From: a virus
Lineage: Duplodnaviria; Caudoviricetes
IMG/VR virus record: IMGVR_UViG_2841778323_000002
Location: 13,536-77,535 of that record
Strand: one strand, 5' to 3'
DNA length: 64,000 nucleotides
The stretch's first letter is position 1. Every line of letters begins with the position of its first letter. The position numbers and the translations under genes were made by a program. This document shows, one piece after another, positions 48,979-59,400 of this stretch. Below the pieces are notes generated by a model. It saw only the letters and a program-made list of their open reading frames with translations, made no database searches and was not told the DNA's origin.

Positions 48979-49587
48979 ATGTCAGCACCACAAAAAATAT
49001 TACCAGTTGTAAACGTAAGTAAGTTATATGTAGCTCATTTAAACACTGAAACTGATGGGGACATAACTTTTGATACTCCTAGATACTTAGAAGGGGTTAA
49101 ACAAATAGGAATAAAACCAAAACAAAATAGTGATCCATACTATCACGAAGGAAGAAAAGTTTTAGAGGAACAAACTTTACAAGATGTAAAGGTAACTTTA
49201 AATGTAACAGATTTACAAGATGAAGATGAATGTTACGTTATGGGGCACAAGTTAGCTAAAACAGGCGGAGTAATAAAAAATGATAATGATATAGCTCCAA
49301 CACTTGCTATTTTATATAAAGCAGAGAAGGCTCAAGGAATAGATAAATATGGGATATTATATGCTGGAACATTTGGATTATCAGATGAAGATTTAAAAGC
49401 TAAGGAAGGTAAAGCAAACTTCCAAGCTAAGAAAATAGAAGCAAGTTTTAGACCTTTAATAAATGGATTATGGCAATACAATGTATGTAGTGATTCTCCT
49501 AATGTAACTAAAGAGTTTTTAAGTAAATTCTTTGAAAAAGTTACTATACCTGAAGAAAAAACAGATGTAGTTAGTTCTGAACATTAA
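48979..49587 (+). CDS. Major tail protein (phi13-like)
   Basis: Position; N.SKLYVA start; APTLAILY motif. Confidence 0.82.
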   Translation: MSAPQKILPVVNVSKLYVAHLNTETDGDITFDTPRYLEGVKQIGIKPKQNSDPYYHEGRKVLEEQTLQDVKVTLNVTDLQDEDECYVMGHKLAKTGGVIKNDNDIAPTLAILYKAEKAQGIDKYGILYAGTFGLSDEDLKAKEGKANFQAKKIEASFRPLINGLWQYNVCSDSPNVTKEFLSKFFEKVTIPEEKTDVVSSEH

Positions 49588-49612
49588 TATAAATAATAGG
49601 GAGTGAAGTTAA

Positions 49613-49978
49613 ATGAAAAGAAAATTTAAAGTAGGTAATGAAAATTTAGCTTTTGAAATGACAAATAAGACTATATTTGATATAGATGAAAGATTTGATA
49701 ACTTTGGAGATGTCATAAACGGAGTTATGTATGGTAAAAACTTATATAACAATGCTTTAAAAGTTATGGTATGTTCTTGTATATCAAAAAGACTTGATGA
49801 AGAACAAAATGAAAATCCATTAACTATAGATGAATTAAAAGAAAAATTGACTCCAGATCAAGTTATGGATGAAATAATACCTTTTGCAACAGATTTATAC
49901 TTTGATTACAGAGGGGTTAAAACATCTGATACTACTACTGATGAAGATAAATCAGAAGATGAAAGTAAAAAAAAATAG
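49613..49978 (+). CDS. Tail assembly chaperone G
   Basis: Position; ends in an A9 slippery run. Confidence 0.75.
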   Translation: MKRKFKVGNENLAFEMTNKTIFDIDERFDNFGDVINGVMYGKNLYNNALKVMVCSCISKRLDEEQNENPLTIDELKEKLTPDQVMDEIIPFATDLYFDYRGVKTSDTTTDEDKSEDESKKK

Positions 49979-50193
49979 ATTTAAATGAAAAGCCCTTTGA
50001 TATAAATAGGCTTTTTTTTATTGCAAAAACACAACTAAATTTCACAAGACAAGAGTTCTTCGATAGCACATTCAAAGAAATTGTTATGTTAATCGGAGAG
50101 CTCAATAAAACATATGAAGAGCAAACTCAATCAGCTTCAAATGATGGATATGTTGAAAAAGTTGTAAGTATAGATGAAGTACCTTTCCTATAG
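49975..50193 (+). CDS. -1 frameshift extension of the tail chaperone (GT)
   Basis: Open -1 frame IDLNEKPFDINRLFFIAKTQLNFTRQEFFDSTFKE...VPFL* with no start of its own. Confidence 0.7.
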   Translation: MDLNEKPFDINRLFFIAKTQLNFTRQEFFDSTFKEIVMLIGELNKTYEEQTQSASNDGYVEKVVSIDEVPFL

Positions 50194-50211
50194 AAACAGA
50201 AAGGAGGGTAA

Positions 50212-51354
50212 ATGGGTGATACAGAAAAACGAATAACCGCAAAGATGATACTTGATGATTCTGGATATTCTAGTACTTTAAAAGGTATGAATTCAGAAAT
50301 TAAAAATAATAAAAGTGAATTAAAAGCAGCTCAAAGTGGTTTAGAAGCATTTGGTAAATCTACCGAAGGTGTAAATAGGGTACAAAGCTCATTGCAAAAA
50401 CAATTAGATTTACAAAATAAGAAGTTAGAAACTTATAAAAAAAGTGTTCACGATGCTACTGAAACACTACAAAAAAATATAAGTGAAAGAGATAAATTAG
50501 CAAGTTCTCTTTCTAAAGCTGAAAAAGCACATGAAAATGCTATAAAAAACTATGGTAAAGAAAGTAAAGAAGCTAAAGAAACTGAAAAAGCTTTAGAAGA
50601 ATTACAAAAAGAACATGATAAGCTAGATAGAACTGTAGAAAATAATGCTAAGACATTACAGAACTATGAAACTCAAATGAATAAAGCAGAGGAAGAAGTA
50701 AATAAAGCTCAATCTGCGGTAAATAAATTCAATAGAGAAGTAGAAAATACTCATGGTGTAGGTAATGCATCTAAAAAGCTTGAAGATTTAGGAAATAACT
50801 TTAAAAAGGTAGGTAGTAAAGCTCAAGAGATAGGTGGAAAACTTACTACTCATGTTTCGTTACCTTTAACTGGAATAGGGGTAGCCGCCGCTCATGTAGG
50901 TATGGAATATGAGGCTCAAATAGATAAGGTAGCAGCTATTTCTGGTGCTACTGGTGATGACCTTAAAAATTTAGAAAATAAGGCTCAAGAAATGGGAGCT
51001 AAAACTAAATTTAGTGCTGCAGAAGCAGGCGAAGGTATGGAGTATATGGCAATGGCTGGTTGGAAAACCGGTGATATGCTCGAAGGTATAGAACCTATAC
51101 TAAATTTAGCAATTGCATCTAATGAGGAACTCGGAACTACTTCTGATATTGTTACAGATGCATTAACAGGATTTGGATTAAAAGCTAAAGATGCTGGTAT
51201 GTTTAGTGATGTATTAGCAGCTGCTTCATCTAATGCCAATACTAACGTTGGTATGATGGGAGAAACTTTTAAATATGCCGCTCCTGTAGCTGGTGCATTA
51301 GGATATAGTGTTCAAGATACTTCTTTAGCTATAGGATTAATGGCTAACTCGGGT
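50212..51354 (+). CDS. Tape measure protein, exon 1
   Basis: TP901-type TMP core, ending ...IGLMANSG. Confidence 0.9.
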
Positions 51355-52617
51355 AAACTTATATGCTCGGTTACTAAGAAATTAGTATCATAAACTACTG
51401 CTTTAATTCGGTAGAACTCTAAGTTGTATTAAAAAGTATGGGATATAGATATATAATTATTATAAGAGGTGATTATATGAAGAAATTATCCCATGATGAA
51501 TTTGTAAAAAAAGTTAATGAAGCTCATGGTAAAGATATAGAAATATTAGGTAAATATATAAATAAAAGAACAAAAGTACTGGTAAAACATAAATGTGGAT
51601 ATACCTGGGAAACTAATCCACAAACTTTATATAAAGGGCATGGATGTCCTTTATGTGGAGGTAATGTAAAAAAAAATACAACTACAATAAAAAAAGAAAT
51701 TTTTGAATTAGTTGGTGATGAATATGAACTATTAGATGAATATATAAATACAAATACTCCAATTTTATTCAAGCATAATATTTGTGGAAACATATTTAAA
51801 ATGTCTCCAAAAGCTTTTATAGTATCTGGACAACGATGCCCAAAAGAAAGGTATATTAAAAGTGCTAAATCAAATAGTACACCTTTTTATAAAATAAAAA
51901 TGAAAATTGAATCCTTAGGAAAGGGTGATTATGAAATAGTAAGTGAGTATGTTAAATCAAGTCAAAAAGTAACTTTTTTACACCATTCTTGTGGAAAAAC
52001 TTTTGAATTGCAGCCTACAAGATTTATACAAGGTGGAATAAGGTGCCCTTATTGCTATAGGTCGAAAGGTGAAGAGGTTATAAGTGATTATCTTAAATCA
52101 AATAATATAAAATTTAAAGAACAATATAAAATACAAGAATGTAAAAATAAAAGACCATTACCATTTGATTTTGCAATATTTGAAGATGATAAATTAAAGT
52201 GCTTGATTGAATATGATGGATCTCAACACTATCAAGCTAAATTTGGAGTAGGTAAAGATGAATATCTAAAAATTAAATATAATGATACTATAAAAAATAA
52301 TTACTGTAAGGAAAATAACATTATATTAATTAGAATTAAATATGTAAGAAGTGAAAATCCTAATATTTTTAAAAGTAAAGTAATAAAAAAGCTAGAAAAT
52401 GAGTTTGAAAAATACAATATGACAATACCGAGCCAAGTCAATAAGGAAACTTTTGAAAGGTGTAACGACTAGATAAAGTAAGCTAAGTAATTATTTATAT
52501 GCTGAAATATCCACGAAAGGGCAGAGCCTTAACAAGTAAAGTTGAAGGTTAAGATATAGTCTGAACTATATGGAAACATATAGAGGTTAGGATAAAGAGC
52601 CTAACGATAACAAAATG
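51355..52617 (+). ncRNA. Group I self-splicing intron (1263 nt)
   Basis: 5' exon ends in U, intron ends in G; P AATTCGGTAGAA, Q AATACCGAG, R AACGACTA, S AAGATATAGTC; removal restores MANSG-IKASQAGT. Confidence 0.92.
51477..52472 (+). CDS. Intron-encoded homing endonuclease: Cys/His repeats plus Vsr-like PD-(D/E)XK domain
   Basis: Three H..CG...P...G..CP repeats; LPFDF...IEYDGSQH...D..KN.YC...LIRIKY; RBS AGAGGTG. Confidence 0.85.
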   Translation: MKKLSHDEFVKKVNEAHGKDIEILGKYINKRTKVLVKHKCGYTWETNPQTLYKGHGCPLCGGNVKKNTTTIKKEIFELVGDEYELLDEYINTNTPILFKHNICGNIFKMSPKAFIVSGQRCPKERYIKSAKSNSTPFYKIKMKIESLGKGDYEIVSEYVKSSQKVTFLHHSCGKTFELQPTRFIQGGIRCPYCYRSKGEEVISDYLKSNNIKFKEQYKIQECKNKRPLPFDFAIFEDDKLKCLIEYDGSQHYQAKFGVGKDEYLKIKYNDTIKNNYCKENNIILIRIKYVRSENPNIFKSKVIKKLENEFEKYNMTIPSQVNKETFERCND

Positions 52618-54999
52618 ATAAAAGCTAGTCAAGCTGGTACTGCACTTAGAGCAGGATTAACTAACTTAGTAAAGCCTACAGATAAAATGGCTGATATGAT
52701 GGAGAAGTATGGAATATCTGTAGAAAATAGTGATGGTAAGATGAAAAGCTTTAGAGAAGTAATGTCTGACCTTAGAGAAAAAATGGGGGGGGTAGATGAA
52801 GCTACTCAAGCCAGTGCCGTTGCAACTATCTTTGGGAAGGAAGCCATGTCCGGATGGCTTTCAATCATAAACGCTAGTGAAGGAGATTTTAATAAATTAG
52901 CAAATGCTATAGACAACAGTGAAGGTGCTACTGCTAAAATGGCTAAAACTATGAGTCAAAATGCAAAGGGTAGTTTAGCAGAAATGAAAAGTGCACTAGA
53001 AGGTGCAGCAATAAAAGTTTTCCAAGCATTAGCTCCAGCTATAACAAGTGTTGCTAAAGATATTACTAAATTAGCAACTAGCTTTAGTAATTTAAGTCCG
53101 CATACTCAAGAATTTATAGTTAAAGCAGGAATGGCTGCTATTGCTATGGGGCCTGTAACTAGTGGCTTAGGTCATGTAACAAGTGGGATAGGTGGATTAA
53201 TTGGAACTGTTGGAAAGTTTAAAGCATTAAAAGCCGCTGCTACATTTAAAGACTTTTCTAAAATACTATTAGGACTTGCTCCAGCAGCAGAAACTGCAGG
53301 AGCTGGATTAGCAGGAGCAGAAGTTGCTGGTGCTGGATTTGGAGCAACTGTTATAGGCTCTTTAGGACCAATTGCATTAGGTGTTGCCGCAGTAGCTGCC
53401 GTTGGATATGCAGGATATAAAGTTGCTGAACACTTAAATAAAAGTGCAACACCTGCGGTAGATTTATTTGCAGATAAAGTTGAAGTTTCAAGAGATAAGT
53501 TTGGAAACTATGCACAAGCTACAGAAAAAGATGTAATTAAAATATCTAAAGCAACAAAAGATAATGTGCAATCTTATTTAGATTTAGATAAAAAAGCTAG
53601 TGAGTCTATGATGAATTTAAAAATGAACTCAAATAAATTCTCAAAAGAAGCAAAAGATACTGTAGTTAAAAACTTTACAGAAATGAGTAAAAAATCTAGT
53701 AGTCTATCTAAGGATCAAAGAGAAAAAATGACTGTAGACTTTAAAAAACTTGTAACTGATACTGGAGTTTTAACTAGTAAAAATAAAAATGAGATAATAA
53801 AACAATATACTGCAATGGTTAATGGTACTAAAGGTTTAACTCAAAAACAAAAGGACCAAACTATAAAAGATTTTAAAGATACATTAACTAAAAGTGTTGG
53901 ATTAACAAAAAAACAATCTCAGGATATGCAAAAAATTTATACAGATATGGCTACTAAAATTAAAACTGGTATGGATAAAAAAAGGGATGAAGAGTTAAAA
54001 AGTCAAAAAGATTTCTTTTCTAAAACGAACGTTCTTTCAGCTAAAGAAAAAGAAGATGCTTTAAAACAAACTGAAAGCCATTGGACTCAACAAAAACAAA
54101 AGATAGATGAAGCTCAAAATAAGATTAATGCAATATATCAAAAAGCAGCAAATGAACATAGACAAGTAAAGAAAGAAGAATATGACGAGATTGATAAAAT
54201 TCAAAAAGATATGAAAACTAGTGCTGTAAAAACTTTATCTGATAAAGAAGTTGAAGCTAAGGTTATTCTTGAAAGAATGAAAGACAATGACGAAAACATA
54301 ACTGCTGAAATGGCATCTAAACATATAAAAGAATTAAATACATCTAGAGATAAAGCTATTGAAGCAGCTAATGATGAATGTGATAAAAGAATAGCTGAAG
54401 CATATAGAATGGAAAAAGAGACTGGTTCGATAAGTGAAACACAAAGGGATAAACTTATTGAAGATGCAAAGAAACAAAGAGATGATACTGTACAGGCTGC
54501 CAAGGATACAAGAGATAGTGCAGTTAAAGAAATTACTTCAATGAATAAAACTATAACAGAAGATGTTGATACATCTACTGGAAAAATGAAAAGTTCATTT
54601 GAAAAGTTTTGTGATTGGTGGAACAATGTCTTCCATCTAGAACCAAAAACTGCAACAGTAAAAACTAAATATGTAAATGAAGGGAAAAAGCCTGGAGGTA
54701 ACTGGACAGGTAACTCACACTTTGAAGGTGGTTTAACATATCTTCATGAAAGAGGATATGAGTTATATGATTTACCAAGTGGAACTAAAATATATAACCA
54801 TGAGTCAAGTGAACAAATGGTTTTAGAAACTGCAAGACAAACTGCACAAGGGGTTATAAATTCTATGATGAAAAATAAAGGTGGTTCTGATGGAAATATT
54901 ATAATACCTATTAATATTGCAGGAGAAGAAATAGATAGGGTTGTAGTCCCAAGAGTTTCAAATAAACTTGCTTTAAATACAATGAGAAGAAGGAGGTAA
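52618..54999 (+). CDS. Tape measure protein, exon 2
   Basis: Begins IKASQAGTALR; helical repeats; C-terminal HERGYE motif. Confidence 0.9.
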   Translation: MKASQAGTALRAGLTNLVKPTDKMADMMEKYGISVENSDGKMKSFREVMSDLREKMGGVDEATQASAVATIFGKEAMSGWLSIINASEGDFNKLANAIDNSEGATAKMAKTMSQNAKGSLAEMKSALEGAAIKVFQALAPAITSVAKDITKLATSFSNLSPHTQEFIVKAGMAAIAMGPVTSGLGHVTSGIGGLIGTVGKFKALKAAATFKDFSKILLGLAPAAETAGAGLAGAEVAGAGFGATVIGSLGPIALGVAAVAAVGYAGYKVAEHLNKSATPAVDLFADKVEVSRDKFGNYAQATEKDVIKISKATKDNVQSYLDLDKKASESMMNLKMNSNKFSKEAKDTVVKNFTEMSKKSSSLSKDQREKMTVDFKKLVTDTGVLTSKNKNEIIKQYTAMVNGTKGLTQKQKDQTIKDFKDTLTKSVGLTKKQSQDMQKIYTDMATKIKTGMDKKRDEELKSQKDFFSKTNVLSAKEKEDALKQTESHWTQQKQKIDEAQNKINAIYQKAANEHRQVKKEEYDEIDKIQKDMKTSAVKTLSDKEVEAKVILERMKDNDENITAEMASKHIKELNTSRDKAIEAANDECDKRIAEAYRMEKETGSISETQRDKLIEDAKKQRDDTVQAAKDTRDSAVKEITSMNKTITEDVDTSTGKMKSSFEKFCDWWNNVFHLEPKTATVKTKYVNEGKKPGGNWTGNSHFEGGLTYLHERGYELYDLPSGTKIYNHESSEQMVLETARQTAQGVINSMMKNKGGSDGNIIIPINIAGEEIDRVVVPRVSNKLALNTMRRRR

Positions 55000-55002
55000 T
55001 CA

Positions 55003-55707
55003 ATGCTTATAAATAATATAAATATAGAAAGGTTTAATGCTAGAGTTTTAGATGTTGATATTCAAAACTCTAGCATTAATAATTTAAAAGACTTTGAAGG
55101 TAAAAATACATTATTACCTCTTTTCTTTGAATCAAAAGTATCTTTAAACTTAATTACAGTTACTCTTTTAGTAAACTCTTTAACTAAAAAGAGATATTAT
55201 TTAGATAAAAGTGATTTATTAAGTAATATGGTAAAACCATTTGAAGTTTACTTTAAAGATAGAAACTTAAGGTTTAAGTGTATTTTAAGTGGAAATTCAG
55301 ATCAAGCCAGTTTAAGACAAATAAGAGGAAGATTACAATTAAGTTTAATAGGTTATAACGTAGAAAATGAAGTAGTAGAAACTATTGCAAGTGGAGTTAC
55401 AAGTGCAACTATATATGGAGAAGGTAATACAAAAGTATCTGTAATTTTAGAAATAACTCCTACTATAGATATGATTGATTTAAGAATAACAGGATTAAGT
55501 GAAGATACTCTTGTTATAAAGAATTTAAAAGGGAATAAAACTATAGTTATAGATGGAATTGAGGGAACTGTTACACAAGGAGGTATTAATAAATTTGATG
55601 ATACTGATATGTGGGAGTTTCCTTTTTTAGTTCCAGGAAGTAATTTAATTACATTAAGTAAGAACACTTGCAATATAAAAATTAAATATAATCCAAGATT
55701 TATATAG
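55003..55707 (+). CDS. Distal tail protein (Dit)
   Basis: WEFPFLVPGSN motif; after TMP. Confidence 0.8.
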   Translation: MLINNINIERFNARVLDVDIQNSSINNLKDFEGKNTLLPLFFESKVSLNLITVTLLVNSLTKKRYYLDKSDLLSNMVKPFEVYFKDRNLRFKCILSGNSDQASLRQIRGRLQLSLIGYNVENEVVETIASGVTSATIYGEGNTKVSVILEITPTIDMIDLRITGLSEDTLVIKNLKGNKTIVIDGIEGTVTQGGINKFDDTDMWEFPFLVPGSNLITLSKNTCNIKIKYNPRFI

Positions 55708-55721
55708 AAAGGATGATATAA

Positions 55722-55952
55722 ATGTTAAATACAAATAAAACAATAAATATATCTGGAACATCATCAATAGATGGACAAGTAGTTGTATATATGAGTGCTA
55801 GTTTAAGTACAGATGGAACTACACAAGAGAATATAAATAAATCAGTACAAAATCAAGACCTATATAGTAAAAATAAAGAAGCTATAAGAAAAGATATGAG
55901 GGACTTTGAAGATCTAGTATATGCTGAACAAGATAAACTAGCAAATAAATAA
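55722..55952 (+). CDS. Small tail-region protein
   Basis: RBS; ORF between Dit and the spike gene. Confidence 0.65.
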   Translation: MLNTNKTINISGTSSIDGQVVVYMSASLSTDGTTQENINKSVQNQDLYSKNKEAIRKDMRDFEDLVYAEQDKLANK

Positions 55953-55983
55953 TAAATATATTTTTAAAAGGGAGTTAAGTATT

Positions 55984-56376
55984 ATGAAGATATCATTAAG
56001 AAGGTTAGTAACTGAATCTCAACAATTAAGCAATATAGCTTTTAAACAAGGTTTACCTTGTAAAATGTCTTATGCACTAGCTAAGAATATAAAGAAGATT
56101 GAAAGTGAATTACAAATATATAACTCTGAAAGACAAAAAATAATAGAAAAATATTGTGTTAAGGATAAAGATGGAAAATTAAAATTAAATGAAAATAATA
56201 CATATGATATTAAGCCAGAATTTATAAATATATGTAATGAAGAAGCAAATGCACTTTTAGATATAGAAGTTGATATAGACATCCATAAATTTAATATAAA
56301 TGATTATTATAATAGCAATTGTGATATGTCTCCAGCCGAATTAATGGTTATAGACTATATGATAGATGAAGAATAA
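55984..56376 (+). CDS. Hypothetical phage protein (DUF1617-like)
   Basis: LP.KMSYALAKN and IIEKYC.KD.DG motifs. Confidence 0.65.
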   Translation: MKISLRRLVTESQQLSNIAFKQGLPCKMSYALAKNIKKIESELQIYNSERQKIIEKYCVKDKDGKLKLNENNTYDIKPEFINICNEEANALLDIEVDIDIHKFNINDYYNSNCDMSPAELMVIDYMIDEE

Positions 56377-56415
56377 TTAATTAGTTAAATTTATAAGAAA
56401 GGAGGAAAGCCTCTT

Positions 56416-59400
56416 TTGATTCATTTACGTACTAGAAATAAGAAAAAAATAGCTGGTTTAGTTGGTTATAAAGATTTATATATAGAAAGTGAGTTGCAGA
56501 GTGGAGAAAAAACACTCTGCTTTTCTTATCCTAAAAAAGCCCCTTATTACAAGGATATAGTTGAAGAGTGTTATATAACTACTAAAGAAAATGAGTATGT
56601 CATTAAAGAAAGAACTGTTCAAGATGAATATACTGAGTTTAAATGTATTTTAAATTTAGAAGATATAGAAGGTAAGCCATTTTTTAAGTTTGAAAGTAAG
56701 GAACAACCAATTGATAAAGCTTTAGCTCTTGCTCTAGCTGGTACTGGTTGGATTGTAGGTAATTGTGATTTAAAGAAAAAAAGAACTGTTAGAATGGCTA
56801 ACTGCTCCAGTTTGGAAATAATAAAAGAAATTAAAAAAATATATAGATGTGATATGGTTTTTAATACTTTAACTAAAACAATAGATGTATTTGAACATTT
56901 AGGAGAAGATAAAGGAGTTTATTTTATAGATTCTTTAAATTTAAAATCATTAGGTATTCAAGGGAATTCATATGAGTATTTTACAAGATTAATACCTGTT
57001 GGAAAAGATGATTTAAAGATTACTGATATAAATGATAAAAAAGAATATGTAGAAAACTACCAGTATTCTAATAAAGTTAAAACTGCATATTGGGTAGATG
57101 ATAGATATACAATTAAGGAAAATCTTAAAGAAGATGCTATAGCTAAGTTAAATGAAATATCAAAACCCTTTAGATCTTATTCTGCTGCAGTTTTTAATCT
57201 AGCAAAACTTAATAAAAAATATAAAAATATTTTAGATTATAAGTTAGGAGATACTATAACTCTTATATCTAAAGAAGATAGGTTTAAAGATAAACAAAGA
57301 ATAGTTAAAACAATAGAATTTCCAGATGAACATGAAAAAGATAGTGTAGAACTAGCTAACACTACCTTATGCTTTGAGGATATCCAAACTCAATTTCAAG
57401 AAGCAGCTGATACAGTAGAAAATATAACTACTGATAATGGAACTGTAAAAGGTTCCACTATAGATGGTATAGAAACTAAACAAATAAAAGATTTTCATCA
57501 AGAAGTAGTTTCAGCTACAAATATTAAAGCTATAAATGCTCAAATAGTTAATTTAGAAGCTCATAATGTTACTATATCTGGACAGTTAGCTGCAGTAAAT
57601 GCTCAAATAGGAAACCTTGCAGCTAATGTTGCTACAATCGATAAACTAACAGTAACTCACACAGCACAAATAAATAATTTAGTAGCTACAAGTGCTACAA
57701 TAACAGACCTACATGCAATAAATGCACTTATAAATGTATTAGAAGCTAATGTAGGAAGAATAGACACACTTGTTAATGGGAATTTATCATCAGAAAATAT
57801 TCAAGCTGGAGGAATTACATCAGATAAATTAACTATTGAAAATGGATTTATTAAAAATGCAATGATTTCTGATTTAGATGTTTCTAAAATTAATGCTGGA
57901 GATATATCTACTAATAAATTTAAAATTAAATCTGATGATGGCGGAATTGAAATTGTAGGAGCTACTCAACAGTTTAAAGATAAGAATAATAAAGTTCGTA
58001 TCCAGATGGGAAAAGATGCTAAAGGAGATTTTAACTTTATCATTCGTGGTGAAGATGGAACTACTACATTAATAGATCATACTGGAGTAAAAGAAAAAGC
58101 TATAGCTGACGATTTGATAAAATCTAACATGATTGCTAGTAATTCAGTAGGAGAAAAGCAAATAGATTATTCTAGTTTCTCAGAAGGATTTAATAGAGAT
58201 ACAAATACACATACATTAAAGGCAACAAAAATTAAATTAAATAATCAGAATCACACTTTAGATGTTGCTTTTAATCAGTTAAAAACACAAACAGATGAAA
58301 ATAAAACTATAACTGAAAGTAATAGTACAACTATAAGGGTTATGCAAGGACAAATTAATACTGCTATTAATAATACTCAGATAGTAAAAGATGGACAAAT
58401 AATACTATTAAAAGATGATTATAATAGAACTGCTCAGACTGTAAATAGCATGCACAGTATTTTAGGAGAACATACAACTACTTTAAATCAACATACAGGT
58501 GAGATAACAGGTTTTACAGCTAGAGTTAATGAAATAGTAAGAAATTTAGAAGGTATAACAGCTAGGGTATCCTCAACAGAAACTAAGCTTGATAATATTC
58601 AAGGTAGAAACTTAGCACTTCAATCTAATAAATTATTAGCGGGTAGTCCAGCACAAGGTATAGTAACTAGTATAGAGTCAGATGGGGCTTTAAAGATAAT
58701 TTCTTCGCCTAACAATAATAACTGGTTTACAAGCTGGTATTCCAGTGAAGAAGGCATAAATGATAAGTTAAAAGAAGGAGATACATTTACAATTTCCTTT
58801 ACTATGAAATCTCCTAATTCTACCTCAATACCAAAAATTTATATTAAAACTGGTATGGGTTATTATCCTATGAAAGGAAATCTAAGTCCAGAGTATAGTA
58901 CAGTTTACTATACAGGAACTTGGAAATCTGAACATGAAGTAAATATTCACTTAGGATTTGGTTCAGTTATAGGTATTTATTATATTAAGAATTGGAAGAT
59001 AGAAAAAGGAGATAAAGCAACAGATTGGTCACCTGCTCCAGAAGATATAGATGATAAAATAGGTATACTTGAGGCTAGAGTACATGAAGCTGAGGTAAAG
59101 GTAACGTCTAAAGCTATAATAGCTACTGTAGGGTCAACCTTCTATAATAAAAATGAAGCTGATAGTAGATATGCAGCACAGTCTCAGATAGAACAACTAT
59201 CACATCAAATAACTAGTAAAGTTGATGTAAATGGGGTTAAATCAATAATTCAACAAAATTCAAGTGACGTAATGATTGGATTTAATGGTATAAACAATCG
59301 TATTAATATAAACCCTCGTTCAATGGATTTTACAGCTACTAATGGATATAGAGATATGTCATTATATGGTGGCCAATTATGTACTTTTAATAGTGGTACA

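Noticed and set aside
50212-54999. Tape measure gene broken by an IS, or two independent TMP genes
   Set aside because: Group I core elements and exact in-frame exon joining explain the split; the ATG at 52615 includes the intron's terminal G
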